NCBI GenBank assembly: GCA_001244265.2 | Contig: CDLV01000013.1 | Location: forward strand, 744,001-808,000 | From: Microbotryum violaceum | Lineage: Eukaryota | Direction of reading: 5' to 3' | Length of the DNA stretch: 64,000 bases | In this document: piece by piece, positions 35,091 through 52,449 of the stretch | How positions within the stretch are numbered: the first letter of the stretch is position 1 | How the letters are laid out: each line of letters starts with the position of its first letter | The notes under the pieces: generated by a model | Database searches by the model: none | Seen by the model: only the letters and a program-made list of their open reading frames with translations | What the model was told of the DNA's origin: nothing | Made by a program: the position numbers and the translations under genes

Positions 35091-38000
35091 TCACGTTCCT
35101 GTCCCTCGACTCGAAGTCACTTTCCACTCCTCGGCAATACTTTCAAACACCTCCCCGATCACTTTCGCATCTGTTCACACCATCCCAAATTGAAAACCCA
35201 TCAGCAAACTAAAACTAAAAAATCCCTCTTTCACGAAACGAGGTCAGAGCTCAACTCACTCGTAATCAAGCCATGATCGGCCCCCTCTACGACTTTGACC
35301 ACACACCTCCCCTCTCCCAACCTCACCTGCAACCCCCTCACGCTGCCCAACGAAATCCTCTCATCCTTCTCCCCCAACCAAATCTTGACCTTCATCCCAG
35401 GGGCTAGATTCATCGGATCGGGTACGCGTTCAATTCCTTCGGCCGGAACTTTGGAAGATCGATTGCCGAGGAGGAGCGCCAAGTCTGCTGTGGAACCGCG
35501 GAGCGATTCGGCGTGAGAGGCGCGTAGCAGACCTTGGATTAAGCAGGGACCTGAGAGGGTTGGGGAATTAGGGGAGTTGATGAGGGATGTGATGAGGTGT
35601 TGGGATTTCGGGTGTGCGATTCGTCGTAGAGGAATGACGGAGGTGAGGCGGTGTGGGCGGATGATCTCGACTTGAGACTGAACGTACTCGTTCTTCGTGG
35701 TCGAGCACCTAAAAAAATTGAATCCCGATCCGTCGAATCCTCCCTCTGCGCGACTCCTAACCCATCTTGCCCATCTTCCTCATTATCCTCCATCATTCTT
35801 CCCTCCCCCTTATCTCCGACCCACCTCACCTTCCCCTCCCTCGCATCGTACCCGATCGCAGCATGTTGCACCGTCGGCGGTTTACCCAATTTCCTCGCCG
35901 TCAACTTCCATTCCGCCAACTGCGCCGTCTTCAACACCCCCGACGGTACGTATTTGAGTAACTTGTAAGGCCCTGAAAGGGGTCGATATTCGAGTTCGAA
36001 TTCGAAGTTGAAGAAGAGGTTGAAAGGATCCAAGGTGCTAGGAGATGAAGTGAACCTTTCACCTTGATCGACGAAGTGGGTGAAAGAGCCGAAGCGATCG
36101 CGAACGAACCGCCTGCCGAATGCGCCAGAATCGTAAATCGATCCAATCCCAACCTGTCCACCACCTCCTCCATCACTAACGCCCAAGCTCTGAAACCTCT
36201 CTTCGAATCAGGTACTTCACTCGATCTTCCTAAACCCCATCGATCGACGCAGATCAAACGAAGGTCGTACGCCCTCGCCAGTTCATCGTACAAAGCGATG
36301 ATGTGTCGAACGCAACCTAGGCCAAGGTGAATGAGGACGGGGTGACCTTGCGGGTTCCCCACGTCGGCGTAGGAAATTATTAGACCCAAGTTGGGGGGTC
36401 TTTGGAGGGTTATGAGTCGCGTGAGTTGGGAGGATCGAAGCACTTGGGCGAGGTCCCGTTCGATTCGGAGCGATGAGGCAGAGGGGAAGGTCGGGTTCGA
36501 GAGTTTGCGTAGGCGCGGCCGTGGTAGCCCATGTGGGCCTTGGGAGGATTTAGTCGACAGTATGGATCGGGTATCGTCTGACGCGCTAAAGGTCGATAAC
36601 TTGGTCATGTCCAAAAAGATCTCATCCGTATTGCGAGCTTCGAGCTGGTCTGCGAGACTCAAGCACATGGATAAGCCCGGCTTCAGCTCCCCATCGTTGC
36701 TGGGTCCGAGTTGGGTAGTGGCTGGACTCGAGGAGCCGTCATTCGTAGATCCCTCCTTGGACTGTTCGGCGGAAGCTGCGATCGAGGCTGCGAATTTGGA
36801 TAAATACGAAGCGCCGGCATGTTGCCGAACGATCTCGTCGATCGAGAGGATAGGAGTCGCTCGTGTTGGAGCTGGCTCGGCGGCACTCTTGGTAGCGTCG
36901 GGAGCCGAGGGCTCGAAAGCGTTCATCGAGGTTGGCACATCTTCGACCCAAGTAGAGGACATCACTGGAAAATCCAACCCTGCTTCATTGGGATCGACCT
37001 CCTCCCGTTCCACTGGCGCCGACTTCCCCATCGGAGCAACGAACGAATACCTTTCTCGTCGAGGCGAAGAATGGCCTGAAGACCCTTCACTCAACCTAGC
37101 GGAAGGAGCTCGAGGTAAAGGTGAGGGTCGTACGACACCGCCAAATATTGGCCCCTCGGGTATTGGGTCGTTGAATTGAGGATGTGGGGACCGATCTAGG
37201 TCGATCGATGCAAACGTCCGCTCCAGTTCAGGTGGAATCGGGATATCGGGGATCGATTCTCGTCGTTCGATCTGGCCTCTCGAACGCGCACCGTCCCCTA
37301 CTCGAGCGCTCGCTTCAACATCAGAGCCCTTTTCTGACCCCAACAAGGACCGATTCTTCTTCCTACTTGAAGAACAAGCCCCACCCCGTGATCCTCCAAT
37401 CACTCTCCCGTTCATACTCGCGACCAACCCATCCAAATCTGGCGGAGCTGAAACGCCTCGCGTCGAGATTGCCCTGTTTCCGTATTCGTCCGGAGGAACA
37501 GGTAAGCCTGGATATTGAGAAGGCTTGGGATGTAATGGGGATCCATTCGAAGAGGAAACCGTTGAAGATGAACGGTAAACACCTTGTGAGGGATCGTAGA
37601 CCCCTGGACCGGCGAAGAGGTCGATCATGGTCGACTTAGGCGATCCGGAATGAACGCCTGTGGTGCCTAGACCTCGAGTCGAGAGACCATGTAATGAAGT
37701 GGAGCTTTTGCGGCCAGGTTGAATTGGAGGAAGGTCGTTTGAAAGGGATGTATTGCTCGTCATTGCAGCTGGGCTCGATTTGAGAGACGACATTGAGCGC
37801 AATGAGAAGAGTTTGCTGATGCGTGAACCCGGCGCGATGAAGGAGAAGCGGCGGGAGTTGGCCGAGGTCGAGCTGGTCATGCTGTGTTGATCGTCCCCTC
37901 GTTCGGTCTGCACTGTACCTTCGAGAGAGCTCGAGAATGAATTCGACTCTGATCTTGGTGTTGTTGGAACGGAAAGTAGGTAATTCACGCCTGCGGGACG

Positions 38001-38901
38001 ATTTGCCTTTGGACGATCAGGATGAACGAGGAAGGTGAGGGGTGCCTTCGCTGGTGGTGACATTGCGTCCGGTGCAATAGCCTGTGATCAAGAAGTAAAC
38101 CCTGGAGTGAGCGCGGTGGAAGCCCCCTCAAATTAGAACATCAACTGACCTCAGTGCGCCGAACTTTGTTCGGTTTACTTGGAAGGGTTGGGAACGGCAC
38201 TCGGTCAATTCGCGTGAAATGATGCAATATTGACGTCGAAGTCGTCGTCGGGATGCCGTTCCCTGGGGTAGCTTTCGTCGAATCGTGGACCGCTTTGTTG
38301 GTCGACCTGCTCGGCGGTGGAAATCGCTTCTCCGAGGATGCAGCTTGGAACTTCTTTGAGTCGTGGTCGATAGCCCTGGTGGTGTGAGGGAGACTAGATA
38401 ATCGTCGCCTAGATGATTCGGAAGTGAATGCTCGGTAGATCGAAGCCTCGGAAGGTGATGTTATTAGTGGTTTGGGCCGCTCCAGCGAGGAGAGCGACAG
38501 CGGTGAAGCCGATGGATCCGAGTTGAAGGACGAAGCACCGTTCGCCGAACCTCGACGAGCTCGTTGCAGCAGAGCGAGATCCGCCGGTGGTGCCTGAGAT
38601 GACGACGAGAACCTATGTGCGAAAGATGTTTGGGACAACTCAGAAGCGAGGTTGACGGGGCCTCTGCTCGATAAGCCCGCGCGGCGAGGTGTCGTGATCG
38701 TCGACTCCGCCGGGGTCTTGGAATGTGTGGGAATAGGGGCAGCGTAGCTATTGAGCCGTGTCCTCCGATCTGGGTATTGGTCGAAGTAGGAACCTTGAGG
38801 CTCGAAGCGGGGTGGATTCCTGTACGTGAGTGAGAAGCTCGAAAGTGATCAGAGATTGGAGTTGGTCTTGATAGGCTAAGATCCGACGATGACACTGACA
38901 T
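35091..38901 (-). CDS. Alpha/beta-hydrolase fold protein with long disordered N-terminus
   Basis: C-terminal domain ISYADVGNPQGHPVLIHLGLGCVR...RLICVDRWGLGRS...ILAHSAGG (nucleophile elbow)...GEKDERI...GADHGL. Three apparent homopolymer frameshifts (~35571, ~35980, ~38658). The start position is tentative. Confidence 0.75.
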
Positions 38902-40273
38902 GGCCAATCACATGCCCCGTGCTCTCTTGCACAGCTCAGTCCCCGGAGTCGTGCGCACGCACCCCCACACAGCTTCGCACCGGGCTTGGTCCAAGTCCTG
39001 GGACCTGCACGAGGTCAAGAAGGCCAGAGAAGCTTGTCAGCGTTCCAAAGTTAAAGAAGAGAATTCCACCAGTTCAGCGTTTGGGACTGACCGTAGTGAT
39101 ACCCACTGTCGGCCAGTGATGGTGACTTCCCCCACCACACAAGAGGGGCCTTCGCAAACGCTCGGGCCCTAGATCCTGGAGTGAGTCAAAAAAATTCGCC
39201 GGCCACTTCTTCAGCCCGTACTTTCCGAGTAGCGTGAGCTGATGGATATGTAGCTCTGGTCACCGGATCAGGTCGGGATAAACCGAGGGTCGCAAGTGGA
39301 TGGCTGGTTCAATAGGCAGCAGACACTGACGTATGAGCAGCTTAGCCCGAGCGCATACAATGAATTCACCGTAGGCCGCCTCTTGGTTTGAGCTTTTGGA
39401 ATCCTTGGTGAGAGGGACAGAATAGAAGAGGCGTGAGAGCTGGGAAGTGCGAATGATTTGAGTGAGGTCCGACCAAGCTTGAGATAGGGGCAAAAAAATG
39501 TCACGTGCTCCGCACCTCGTGGAGCTGGCCCAAGCTCGACTTCAGATTCCGAGCTCATGAGGTCAGCACCAGTGAGGGCTGCCTTACCGAATCGGTTGCG
39601 ACACGAAACAAGGTAATATTCGGAAATACTACTCGGAATGGAAAGCCTTCGCTCCGAGGGCAACTTGGGTGTTCGAAACCGAGGCCCAAAAAGGCTAACA
39701 AAGATCCAGTAGTGCGACGATGGGTCCCGGTTAGCCCTTGTTCGCCCGTGCGCCTTGGGAGTGCCTTGGGTAATCTTTGGCCGAGTTTGGCCGTTCCTGG
39801 CGATCGCCATTTAACGCGCCCGCCCGCGTTCTTCTCTCTCTTTCCTTCCTCCCCACCACTCCGAAACCCAACTCGACTCGTCGAAACCGCTAACCCGTAA
39901 GTCGACACGGCAATCGTGGCCTGCTCGATGAGCATCATGTCTGACACATTCGATTGCATTTGTCTCTCCCACGCCACGCCACGTGCTCCCTCGCTCATTC
40001 CGCCACTCGGGCTTATGACTTGGGGGTTGCTGCCACGTTCGGTTATCCTCACAGGTAATTCAAAGCCAGTGAAACCTACTGCACCACCCACAACAACCGC
40101 CCGGCATCGTAAGTTACATCCGCTTTTCGTGCTGTATCCCCCGTCGACGCCTGGTGCAGCCGCTATCAAACGGCGTAACACTTGCTCCTGTGTGGCGTTG
40201 GCAGTGTGCGTGTTGGGCAGTGTGACACGTCAACAGTGTCGAGCGAGCCCTTGGCTATCATCGTCCACGATGA

Positions 40274-41173
<900 letters not shown>

Positions 41174-41697
41174 GGTTGACCAGTAGTCCTACTGGATACT
41201 GTCACGTAGGGAGACTCTCAGGTCGGTAGTCTATAGCGCTCTTTTGAGATTGTGAAATGCCGATTGCCTCTTCCCCGAAGATCTCTCCGTCTGAGGTTTC
41301 TGAGAGGCTTGAGCACTGGAGCGGTGACTGATACTACGTGAACGAACCTTGTCCTATAAACGAGACTGCTCTTCTCGTCGTGCCCTCTGGTTCGTCACCG
41401 CTCAGATCGCTCAGATTTCAGATTTCAGATCTCAGAGGCGCAAGTCCGAACAAGTTGAAGCTCCAGCTCCAATGCGAAGCGGGTGCGACGGGCGGGGGCG
41501 GCTGTCGCTGCCGAGTCTTTCTCTTTCCCATCCTCCTTCTCCTCCTTTGGCTGTTTCGTTGAATGCACCTGGCGCGATCGTTGTTGTTCCAGCTGCGCCT
41601 TCGTACTCGTACAACACTAGTCAGAACACCACCCTTGCCCTACACCCACCTCAACACCCCTTCCCGACCCCGCTCTTTCCGAATCGCGCCGCTCAGC

Positions 41698-43951
41698 ATG
41701 AGTCAAGCGTCGCAGGCTGACCACACCGGATCGCGCGGGATCGTCGAAAGCATTGTCGATGCGATCAAACCTGCTCAAAAATCAAACGAGCAAGCGGGGC
41801 TACCGTCAGCAGCCGTAGCTGAGGATGCCTCGGCCGAGCAACCTCGAGTCAAGTCAGTTCTCGGCCTCCTTCTTCACCTCTTGCACCGCTCACGTCTTAC
41901 TAACACCCTCTGTGCGGTTTCTATAGGGAGAATGGCGAACTGGAGACCAAGTCCGAAATGAAGAAGCGTATCAAGGCCGAGCAGAAGGAAAAGGAAAAGG
42001 CCGAAAAGGCCGCCGCGAGGGAGAAGAAGGAGGCCGAGGACAGGGCCGCCAAGGCTGCTGCTGATGCTGTGAGTATCTGATATCTGGGATCTGGGGACCG
42101 GGAGTAGAGATACGGAGGAAAAAAAGTCGGTGTGAACTTACTTGGTGGAGGGGGAATCCAACTGATATGACGTGCGGTCGACCGGTTGATCAGGACTATT
42201 CGCCCGACAAGTACGGCAAGCTTCCTCTCAACACATCCCAGGATCGATCCGGTGAGTTGCAGATTGATTACCAACGCACCAGAGCGTACATTGCAAGATC
42301 CGGCAAAGCACAGACCGCTCACACAGCATCCGCTTCGCTTCGACCTTTCGCAGGCAAGGAGCGAACCGACTTGGGCACATTGACCGCCGCTGATGCGGGC
42401 AGGGAGGTCTTGTTCCGAGCCCGTCTCCAAACATCACGTGCACAAGGTCCGTTTCTCGTGTGCACTTGGGCATTCAAGCTACAGTGCTCCTGCTGATCTG
42501 CTTTCCATTCCCGACACTCCCCGCCGCCGTCGTTCCCCCACCCTACACTCGTGCAATCCGCCGCAGGTGCCAAGATGGTCTTCCTCGTCTTCCGTCAACA
42601 GCAACACACGATCCAGGCCCTCATACAAGTCGAACCCGAGCTCGTCTCCAAGCCAATGGTCCGCTGGACCGAATCTATCAACGCCGAATCGATCGTGCTC
42701 GTCCAAGGCACCGTCCAAAAGCCGCTCGAGCCCGTCAAAAGTTGCACCGTCTCGGACGCCGAGATCAAGATCTCGCAGATCCACACCATCTCGGAAGCGC
42801 CCAACGTACTCCCCTTCTCGATCGCGGATGCGATGCGCACCGCCGACTCGGTCGAGGGTCCCACCGTTGCTCTCGATACGCGCTTGGACAACCGAGTGCT
42901 TGATCTCCGTACGATCACGAACCAAGCCGTATTCAAAATCCAATCGGGCGTCTGCCAGCTGTTCCGCGACTATTTGATCAACAAGAACTTTGTCGAGATC
43001 CACACCCCGAAGCTGCAAGGTGCCGCGACGGAGAGTGGTGCGTCCGTGTTCAAGGTGTCCTACTTCAAGGGTAACGCCTTCCTCGCGCAATCGCCCCAAC
43101 TCGGCAAGCAGATGTGTATCGCCGGTGACATGGAACGCGTGTTTGAGATCGCGCCCGTCTTCCGTGCCGAGGACTCGAACACCCACCGTCACATGACCGA
43201 GTTCATGGGTCTCGATCTCGAGATGGCGTTCGAGGAACACTACCACGAAGTGATGGAGACGATCGACGGCATGCTCAAAGCCATCTTTAGCGGCCTGCAA
43301 CAAAAGTACGCCAACGAGATCTCGATCGTGCAAAAGCAATTCCCGCACGACGATTTCACCTTCTTACCGGAGACGTTGGTGCTCAAGTACACGGACGCGA
43401 TCAAGATCTTGCAAGATGCTGGGGTGCAACAGGGGAATCCACCTGCGCCGATCGGGGATTACGATGACATGTCGACGACGACGGAGAAGGCGTTGGGTGT
43501 TTTGGTCAAGGAGAAGTACGGCACGGATTACTACATCATTGACAAGTTCCCGTTGGAGTTGCGCCCGTTCTACACCATGCCCGATGCCGAGGATCCCGTG
43601 AGTTGACACACCCCTTTCGCATGATGCGATGTCCCTTTGCGCTAATGAAGCTTTCTCGTATAAAATGTCCTACAGAAACTGTCCAACTCCTACGACTTTT
43701 TCATGCGAGGCGAAGAGATCCTTTCCGGCGCCCAACGAGTGCACGACGCCACCCTGCTCGAAGAACGTATGCGAGCGGTCGGGATTGACCCCAACGACAT
43801 GAAGGCCTACGTCGATGCGTTCCGCCTCGGTGCTCCTCCCCATGCCGGTGGTGGTATCGGTTTGGAGAGGGTGGTGATGTTGTTCCTCAAGTTGAACAAC
43901 ATCCGAAGGGCGAGTTTGTTCCCCCGCGATCCCAAACGATTGAACCCTTAA
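41698..43951 (+). CDS. DPS1: Cytoplasmic aspartyl-tRNA synthetase
   Basis: OB-fold anticodon domain, [47 protein letters not shown] and [32 protein letters not shown]. Confidence 0.97.
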
Positions 43952-44207
43952 GGGAAAGAGAAGCTTTGAGTAGAGCGGTATATGTTTTTTAATGCCTTGC
44001 AGGGATCCCACTTCTTCTTCCGAATCGCCGTTCAAAAGTCGGTCAAAATGACACTTTGAAGACCACTCTCGAGAGAGCAGATATTCCGTTGCGCCAGTGG
44101 ATGAGCCGAATCGCGCGCCTTGGCTCAGCTTACGGGTGCGGTGCTCCTGCTTCCTCCGCTCAGCCCACACCCACTTGCCCACCACCCACCTTTTGAAAAA
44201 GCCCACC

Positions 44208-44997
44208 ATGTTCCGCCTTGCTGCCCGCTCCGTCATCACCCCCGTCATCCGACGAAACACACCCCTCGTCGCGACCCGTTTCCCGCAAGTGTCGTCGCTG
44301 CAACAACAGCAGCAGCAGCAGCAGCAACGCTTTTACGCGGCCGGGGCTCTGAACGGCGAGGCGATCAAGGCTCGCGTCTTGGACGTCTTGGGCTCGTTCG
44401 AGAAGGTCGATGGCACCAAAGTCAGTTGGGGTGGGGGCAGGTGAATCAGATTCGAGCAAGCTCTGCTGACGGTTGGGGCTGTGTGGGGCTGTGTTTGCAG
44501 GTGACGGAGACGGCCTCCTTCACGAACGATTTGGGCCTCGATTCGCTCGATGCGGTCGAAGTCGTCATGGCCATCGAGGGTCAGTTGCTGGCGGGGAGAG
44601 TCCATGTCGATTTTTTTTTTTTTTCACTGACGTTCTTTGAAACGCCCTCGTGCCTTTGCTTCGTTGAAATTTCTCCCCCCGTCTCCGCGTCTTGTTCGCA
44701 ACTCGTCATCGAAACACCTTTCTCATTCAAAACGCGCTTTATCCCTACGCTTCATCCATGACCTACGAACACCCCCCTTTTTTTTGCTCTACATACAACA
44801 CCCATCATCTACTCGATGCTGTGATCACAGAGGAGTTCTCGATCGAGATCCCGGACGAGGATGCCGACCGAATCACGACCGTGGGTGAAGGTCAGTCGTC
44901 ATCTACCACTACACCGACCCAAGACGACGTTTTGACTAATTCCTTCATCCTCCAAATAGCTATCGACTACATCTCCAAATCACCCGAGGCTCGTTAA
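44208..44997 (+). CDS. ACP1: Mitochondrial acyl carrier protein (NDUFAB1-like)
   Basis: Presequence MFRLAARS.. with a polyQ tract, then DLGLDSLDAVEVVMAIE|EEFSIEIPDEDADRITTV containing the phosphopantetheine serine. Confidence 0.95.
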
Positions 44998-45506
44998 AAA
45001 GTGATCGCGATCGGAGGTATATATAGTGCTCGCGAGAAGAGGAGGAAGAAGCCAGAGAGGGGTTGGTTTTGATGGTTTCCAGTTAGATTCTGGAAAGAAA
45101 ACACAAAGAGCTTACAATGATGCATGGTCCGGGGGTGGGTGGGTGAGCGATTCGAGAAACAGTGAAAGCGTAGGACGAGCAAAGTTTCAAGGGCACCACC
45201 AGCAAAGCTCCACGGATCTGCCCGGGCTTCGCTTCGTTGCGGAGGTGATATCATGTCAGGGTTAGACCACGCTTGCCTCAATGAGGAACGACAACAATGG
45301 ATCTAAGCTCATGTGCTTCGTCGATCGGGGTAGGGACTACCCTGCCTCTCCGAGTGCAGAAGGTTCGAGCACATCAGGTACAATACTGATACGATTCCGA
45401 ACCAAAAGGTGTCACACCAAAAAAAAAAAAAAAAAAAAGCACGGAGATTTGAAAAAGACCCAATGACCGCTCTAACCCCGAAGCTCGACCTCATCTTCTC
45501 CAACTC

Positions 45507-48306
<2,800 letters not shown>

Positions 48307-48982
48307 GATTGTACCAAGTCGGAGCTCGGCGCGGAGCGTGCGAAGAGGGTGGGTGGCAGGAGCGGAGCACGAGAGTAAATGCCAACAGCAGGTGCTCGTG
48401 GAGCTGGACAAGAGCGATTTGAGAACAGTCAGCTCATGCTGCTAAACACGTTCCAATATATCCCGACTGACAGAGGTTCTCGTCGATCAACACTCGCGAG
48501 AACGACGATGGCGAGTACAGATCCACACGCCAGACTTGCAAGTCGCCAGTGGGCCGCGCACGGACCTCCTCTGACCTCTCATCACCCCCCGACGTGACGT
48601 CGGGCATTTGCTTCAGATGCATTGGGAGACATATTCCTTCTTAAGCCTGCCTTGGATACTTGCCCTAGTTTATTGAGATTTCCAATGGAAACCAGAGACC
48701 TGCTCTGTACCCAGTAGCTCAACTGGAGAGCCAACCAAGAAAAAGACAGGGGGAAAATTGGACATTAGGCAGTTTTGTCCAGCTGGCCAAAAAACGAAAG
48801 CTGGCCGAGCTCGCACGTCGCAGGCGCACGACTAGCAGGACGCCTTTTCTCTTCCCTCCGTCTCACCCTCACCCATCTAACTCAAGACCAAGGTCAGTCC
48901 ACACGCCCACCCTCGGCCTGCCAGCAGCTCTTCGTCCAGCTACTTATCCTTTTGGTTGTCCTCGCTCTCTCGTGCTTTGCAG

Positions 48983-49392
48983 ATGTAAGCTTTGCGTCTC
49001 TTTCTCCACCCTCTTCCCCGCCTCACACGAGCATCGAGCGTCTCCGCCACCCGCCAGCCTGCCACAGCGGCGGCGGCTTGGGGGCGCGGCGGGGAAAAGT
49101 TCACAGTGCGACGAGCCGCTCGCTGCCCATTGGGGCCTGCACCACTCGCTCATCGCCCGTCCAACACACGATCGCATTGTCATCATCCCACCACCGCATA
49201 CTTATTTCGACCCCGTTCTTTTGCTCCTCCCTGCAGGCGTGATAAGTGGCGCAAGAAGCGTGTTCGTCGTTTGAAGCGTAAGAGAAGAAAGATGCGTGCC
49301 CGTTGTAAGCTGCCCAGCTCTTTTACCACGTCATCATGACCTACATGAAACTCACTCCCTTCCCCCATTCTATTCCTTATATAGCCAAGTAA
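48983..49392 (+). CDS. RPL41: 60S ribosomal protein L41 (eL41), 25 aa
   Basis: Exons 48983-48984 (AT) + 49237-49304 + 49385-49392 give MRDKWRKKRVRRLKRKRRKMRARSK*. Confidence 0.93.
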
Positions 49393-49925
49393 ACGACTCG
49401 CTCCTCTCCCGACGCTTCTAAGTCACTGGACGACCTACTCAAACTACGTCCTGGACCCAACTGAAACCTCAAACCTCGGCGAACGATTTTGAATCGAACC
49501 CTTGGGAATGCGAAAGTGGAAAATTTGGAGAAAAGGATGGGGCAGGGCGCACAATGACGAAAAAGGGTTGAAGAAAGGTTGTGATTCGGTTTACCGCACC
49601 CAAGATCGGCAATTATGTTCTTTTTTCTGCGCAATACGTCGAGAAAGGAAGGGACGTGGGATGAAGAGGAATTGGAGGGGCGGTACTTGTGCCCTTGAGA
49701 TTTATGCCTTGAGCGGATTTTTCTGAAACGATGATCCTGGAGGCGTTGGTGTCGAGGTCGTTTTTCGTGACGGCGCTCTCGATGCCTCTTCATCTATTCG
49801 AACTTTCTATACAACCTTGGAGAGTGGGAAAAGGACGCTACGTTGCATGAAACGAAATGCTGGGTAGTACTACAATCAGGAAGCTTGAATGAAAGAAAAG
49901 CCGTGAGAGATAATCAAATTCTGGG

Positions 49926-52449
49926 TTACCATGCGATCGTCAGGAGTTTGGTTCCCAGTCGACCAGGACTTTGGAGGTATGGTCTGTAGACCAGGGGCGT
50001 CAAGGAGCGTCAGCATGGGCGCGCTAATGCTCGGGCCACGAACGAACAGAACTCACGCGACCCCTACCCCAACACCCAGTAGCACTCCACAAAGCCCAAC
50101 GACCTGCCACACCTTGAGCTCCACCGAGCGTCCAAGAAAGCCATACCAGCCGCCCGATTGTTGCTTCATCTGCCTTTCACGAGAACCACCCGAAGTCGAC
50201 GAAAATCCTTTGCCGGTGGCATCTGTGGTCCTCCGACAAGGCGATTCTTCGGCCGAAGAAGACAGGTCGAGCGTCGGTGCCGACGAGGGCAGAAACGGTT
50301 CCGAGACGACGAGAGACGACGAGATCGAGTCTTGGGTCGTTTTAGCGTCCCAGTCGTCCATCGCAGCCGAAGTGAGAGGCGTTGGCCGACGGTCTGGCGT
50401 GCACTCTGATGCTCGCGCCGAAGTGTCGAGATCGAGACCCCTAACTGAGCCCAAACCCACTCCGGGTTGACGAAAGCTGGCCGCAGGCGGTCTCGGCGAT
50501 CTCGTCCCTCTGGTACTTTCACGATAAACCCGAGCTATTCACAGATAGATTCTCGCGTCAGCTTATTTTGCTGGTGGGAGTGTACCGATATTCCAAGGCG
50601 ACTCACCATTCCCGGTTGATCCTTCTAGACCTTCAGCAGATCCTCGAGCGGCTCTGGCCCGTCGTCGTTCCTCGACCGATGCAGGAAGAGGCGAAGCCGA
50701 ATCACGTCGATTGCCTCGTCTTCGTCCTCGATTTGACGGAGCCGGTGGACTAGCGGGCGCAGGACCAAGCTGTAGAGGCCTCGACCTGATCGGTGAGAAA
50801 TCGGGATCGGTGACCGCGGAGGAAAGTGTTGAATCTCGGCGACCTTGAGTCAAGTCCTGGGTTCGCTCTCTTCGTGTATCCGCTTCGTGCCCTCGAGTGG
50901 CAGTGGCTAAAGCGGGGGCGCCACCGGATGTCGTCGGTGCTGCCGTGCGAGGCGCCAGCTCGGTACCCTCGTCGGACGACGAAGAGCTTAACTCGATCGA
51001 TTCCCCGCTTGGTGATTGATATCTTTCGGCCTCCCGCCCGGGCACGCTGTGCACCCGGGCATGCTGGGATCTCATCGATGCGATAGAAGAGGCCAGATCG
51101 TCGTCATCCTCGTCGACTTCACCAAAGGCGTCGTCCAAAGCGAAAGCAAAAGGAGACAGTCGGGGCTGCCCCGCAAAGACCGAGGTGACGCCCGCGGGGT
51201 TGACAAAGGATCTTCGGGGAGATCTCAGGGCTTCATTCGGAGTCGCCGAGGAAGACTGAAACGCTAACGATGTGAGTGAGACATGTGACATGGCCGGGGA
51301 AAGTGATTGGTATGGCGCAGCGAGGCTGAGCAGAGTCGCGAGACTTGAGGGGTAGAGGAGGGGGGAGGAAACCACGAGCACACGGCGATCAGGAACAGTC
51401 GACCTCGCTTCCGGTCGGTACGCCCAATGGGACTCACCTAGACCTGAGAGCATCCTCTATCAGTGTCGTCCTGATGGTGGGATCGTCTTCTCGGCGCTTG
51501 GTACGACCCCGCCCGCGCCCTCGGCGCTCATCTTCGTGAGGCGAAAATTCTGAGTCGTCAGCGTCGGCAACGTCCCCAGTGCGCAGACCGGTGTTGCGAT
51601 CTTGGGTCGGCACTGCTGAGATCGGTAACCAGGCTCCGTCTCTTGTTCTTCCGGAGTCCCTCGGTTCGACGCAGGGAGAGGCCGCTTGCAGGGACGCCGT
51701 CGATAACTGCGGCCCAAGCGACGCTGACATCTCCAGGGTCGGCCCACCCGCGAGCTCGGACGCGCTGATGTGTTCAAAGTCCGAAGAGGAAGGCGACGAC
51801 AAATCAAGATCCAGTGCTGTGGGCGTGGACGTTGTTAGTAGTTGAAGGAGGATGGAACAATCAGCGACGATGGCCAAGTATGTACATCGAAAAGATAGAA
51901 CCGGCGATGATCGTGGGGTCCATGTCATGCAGAACGTGATTGATCGCGATCATCGAGGCCAGACTCAGGGCCCTGTGCATGGACACCTCGTGGATCGAGC
52001 TCGCTTCAGGCTTCAGGTTTTATCACCTTCAACTATGCAAAGTCAAGCGCCGCCCCGTGCCAATCCGCCTTTTCAAGAGAGCCCGGTGGCGCCGTCAGGC
52101 GAGCTGGGCCTGAGCCTATCGGCCAACGGCGACCCCGAGGCTTGGCCCCCGAGCCTCCGTGGTTCGTGGATTGATCCATCCTCCCAAGTTCGAGGGAGGT
52201 GGTCGAACACAGATTCGATGCATGAAACATACGTCATGGATACAACGACACGTCGTGCTACTCACGTTCCGTTGATGGTGTCCAGCCTGGCCCCGTCGGG
52301 TTGTTCGGCGTGTGGTGGCCGCTGCTCGTCCGTGTCTGGAGCCGGTCGGCCCCACCACCAGCGAGGTGCCTTCGACGCTCGCTGATCTTCTTGTTCCGAG
52401 CTTGTTGTGCGGGAGAGTGGGCCGTCGAGGTGGAAGGGAGGTAATTCAT
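49926..52449 (-). CDS. Hypothetical disordered protein with a single C-terminal transmembrane anchor
   Basis: Five exons join in frame through GT-AG introns: MNYLPSTS...STE|PLDLDLSSPSSSDFEHI...EDALRS|SLATLLSL...ELKVWQVVGLCGVLLGVGVGVA|PYLQ...IAW*. Confidence 0.7.

Noticed and set aside
33541..38901. Calling the XRCC2-like and hydrolase genes pseudogenes
   Set aside because: All disruptions are single-base homopolymer shortfalls and catalytic motifs are intact, so sequencing error is more parsimonious.
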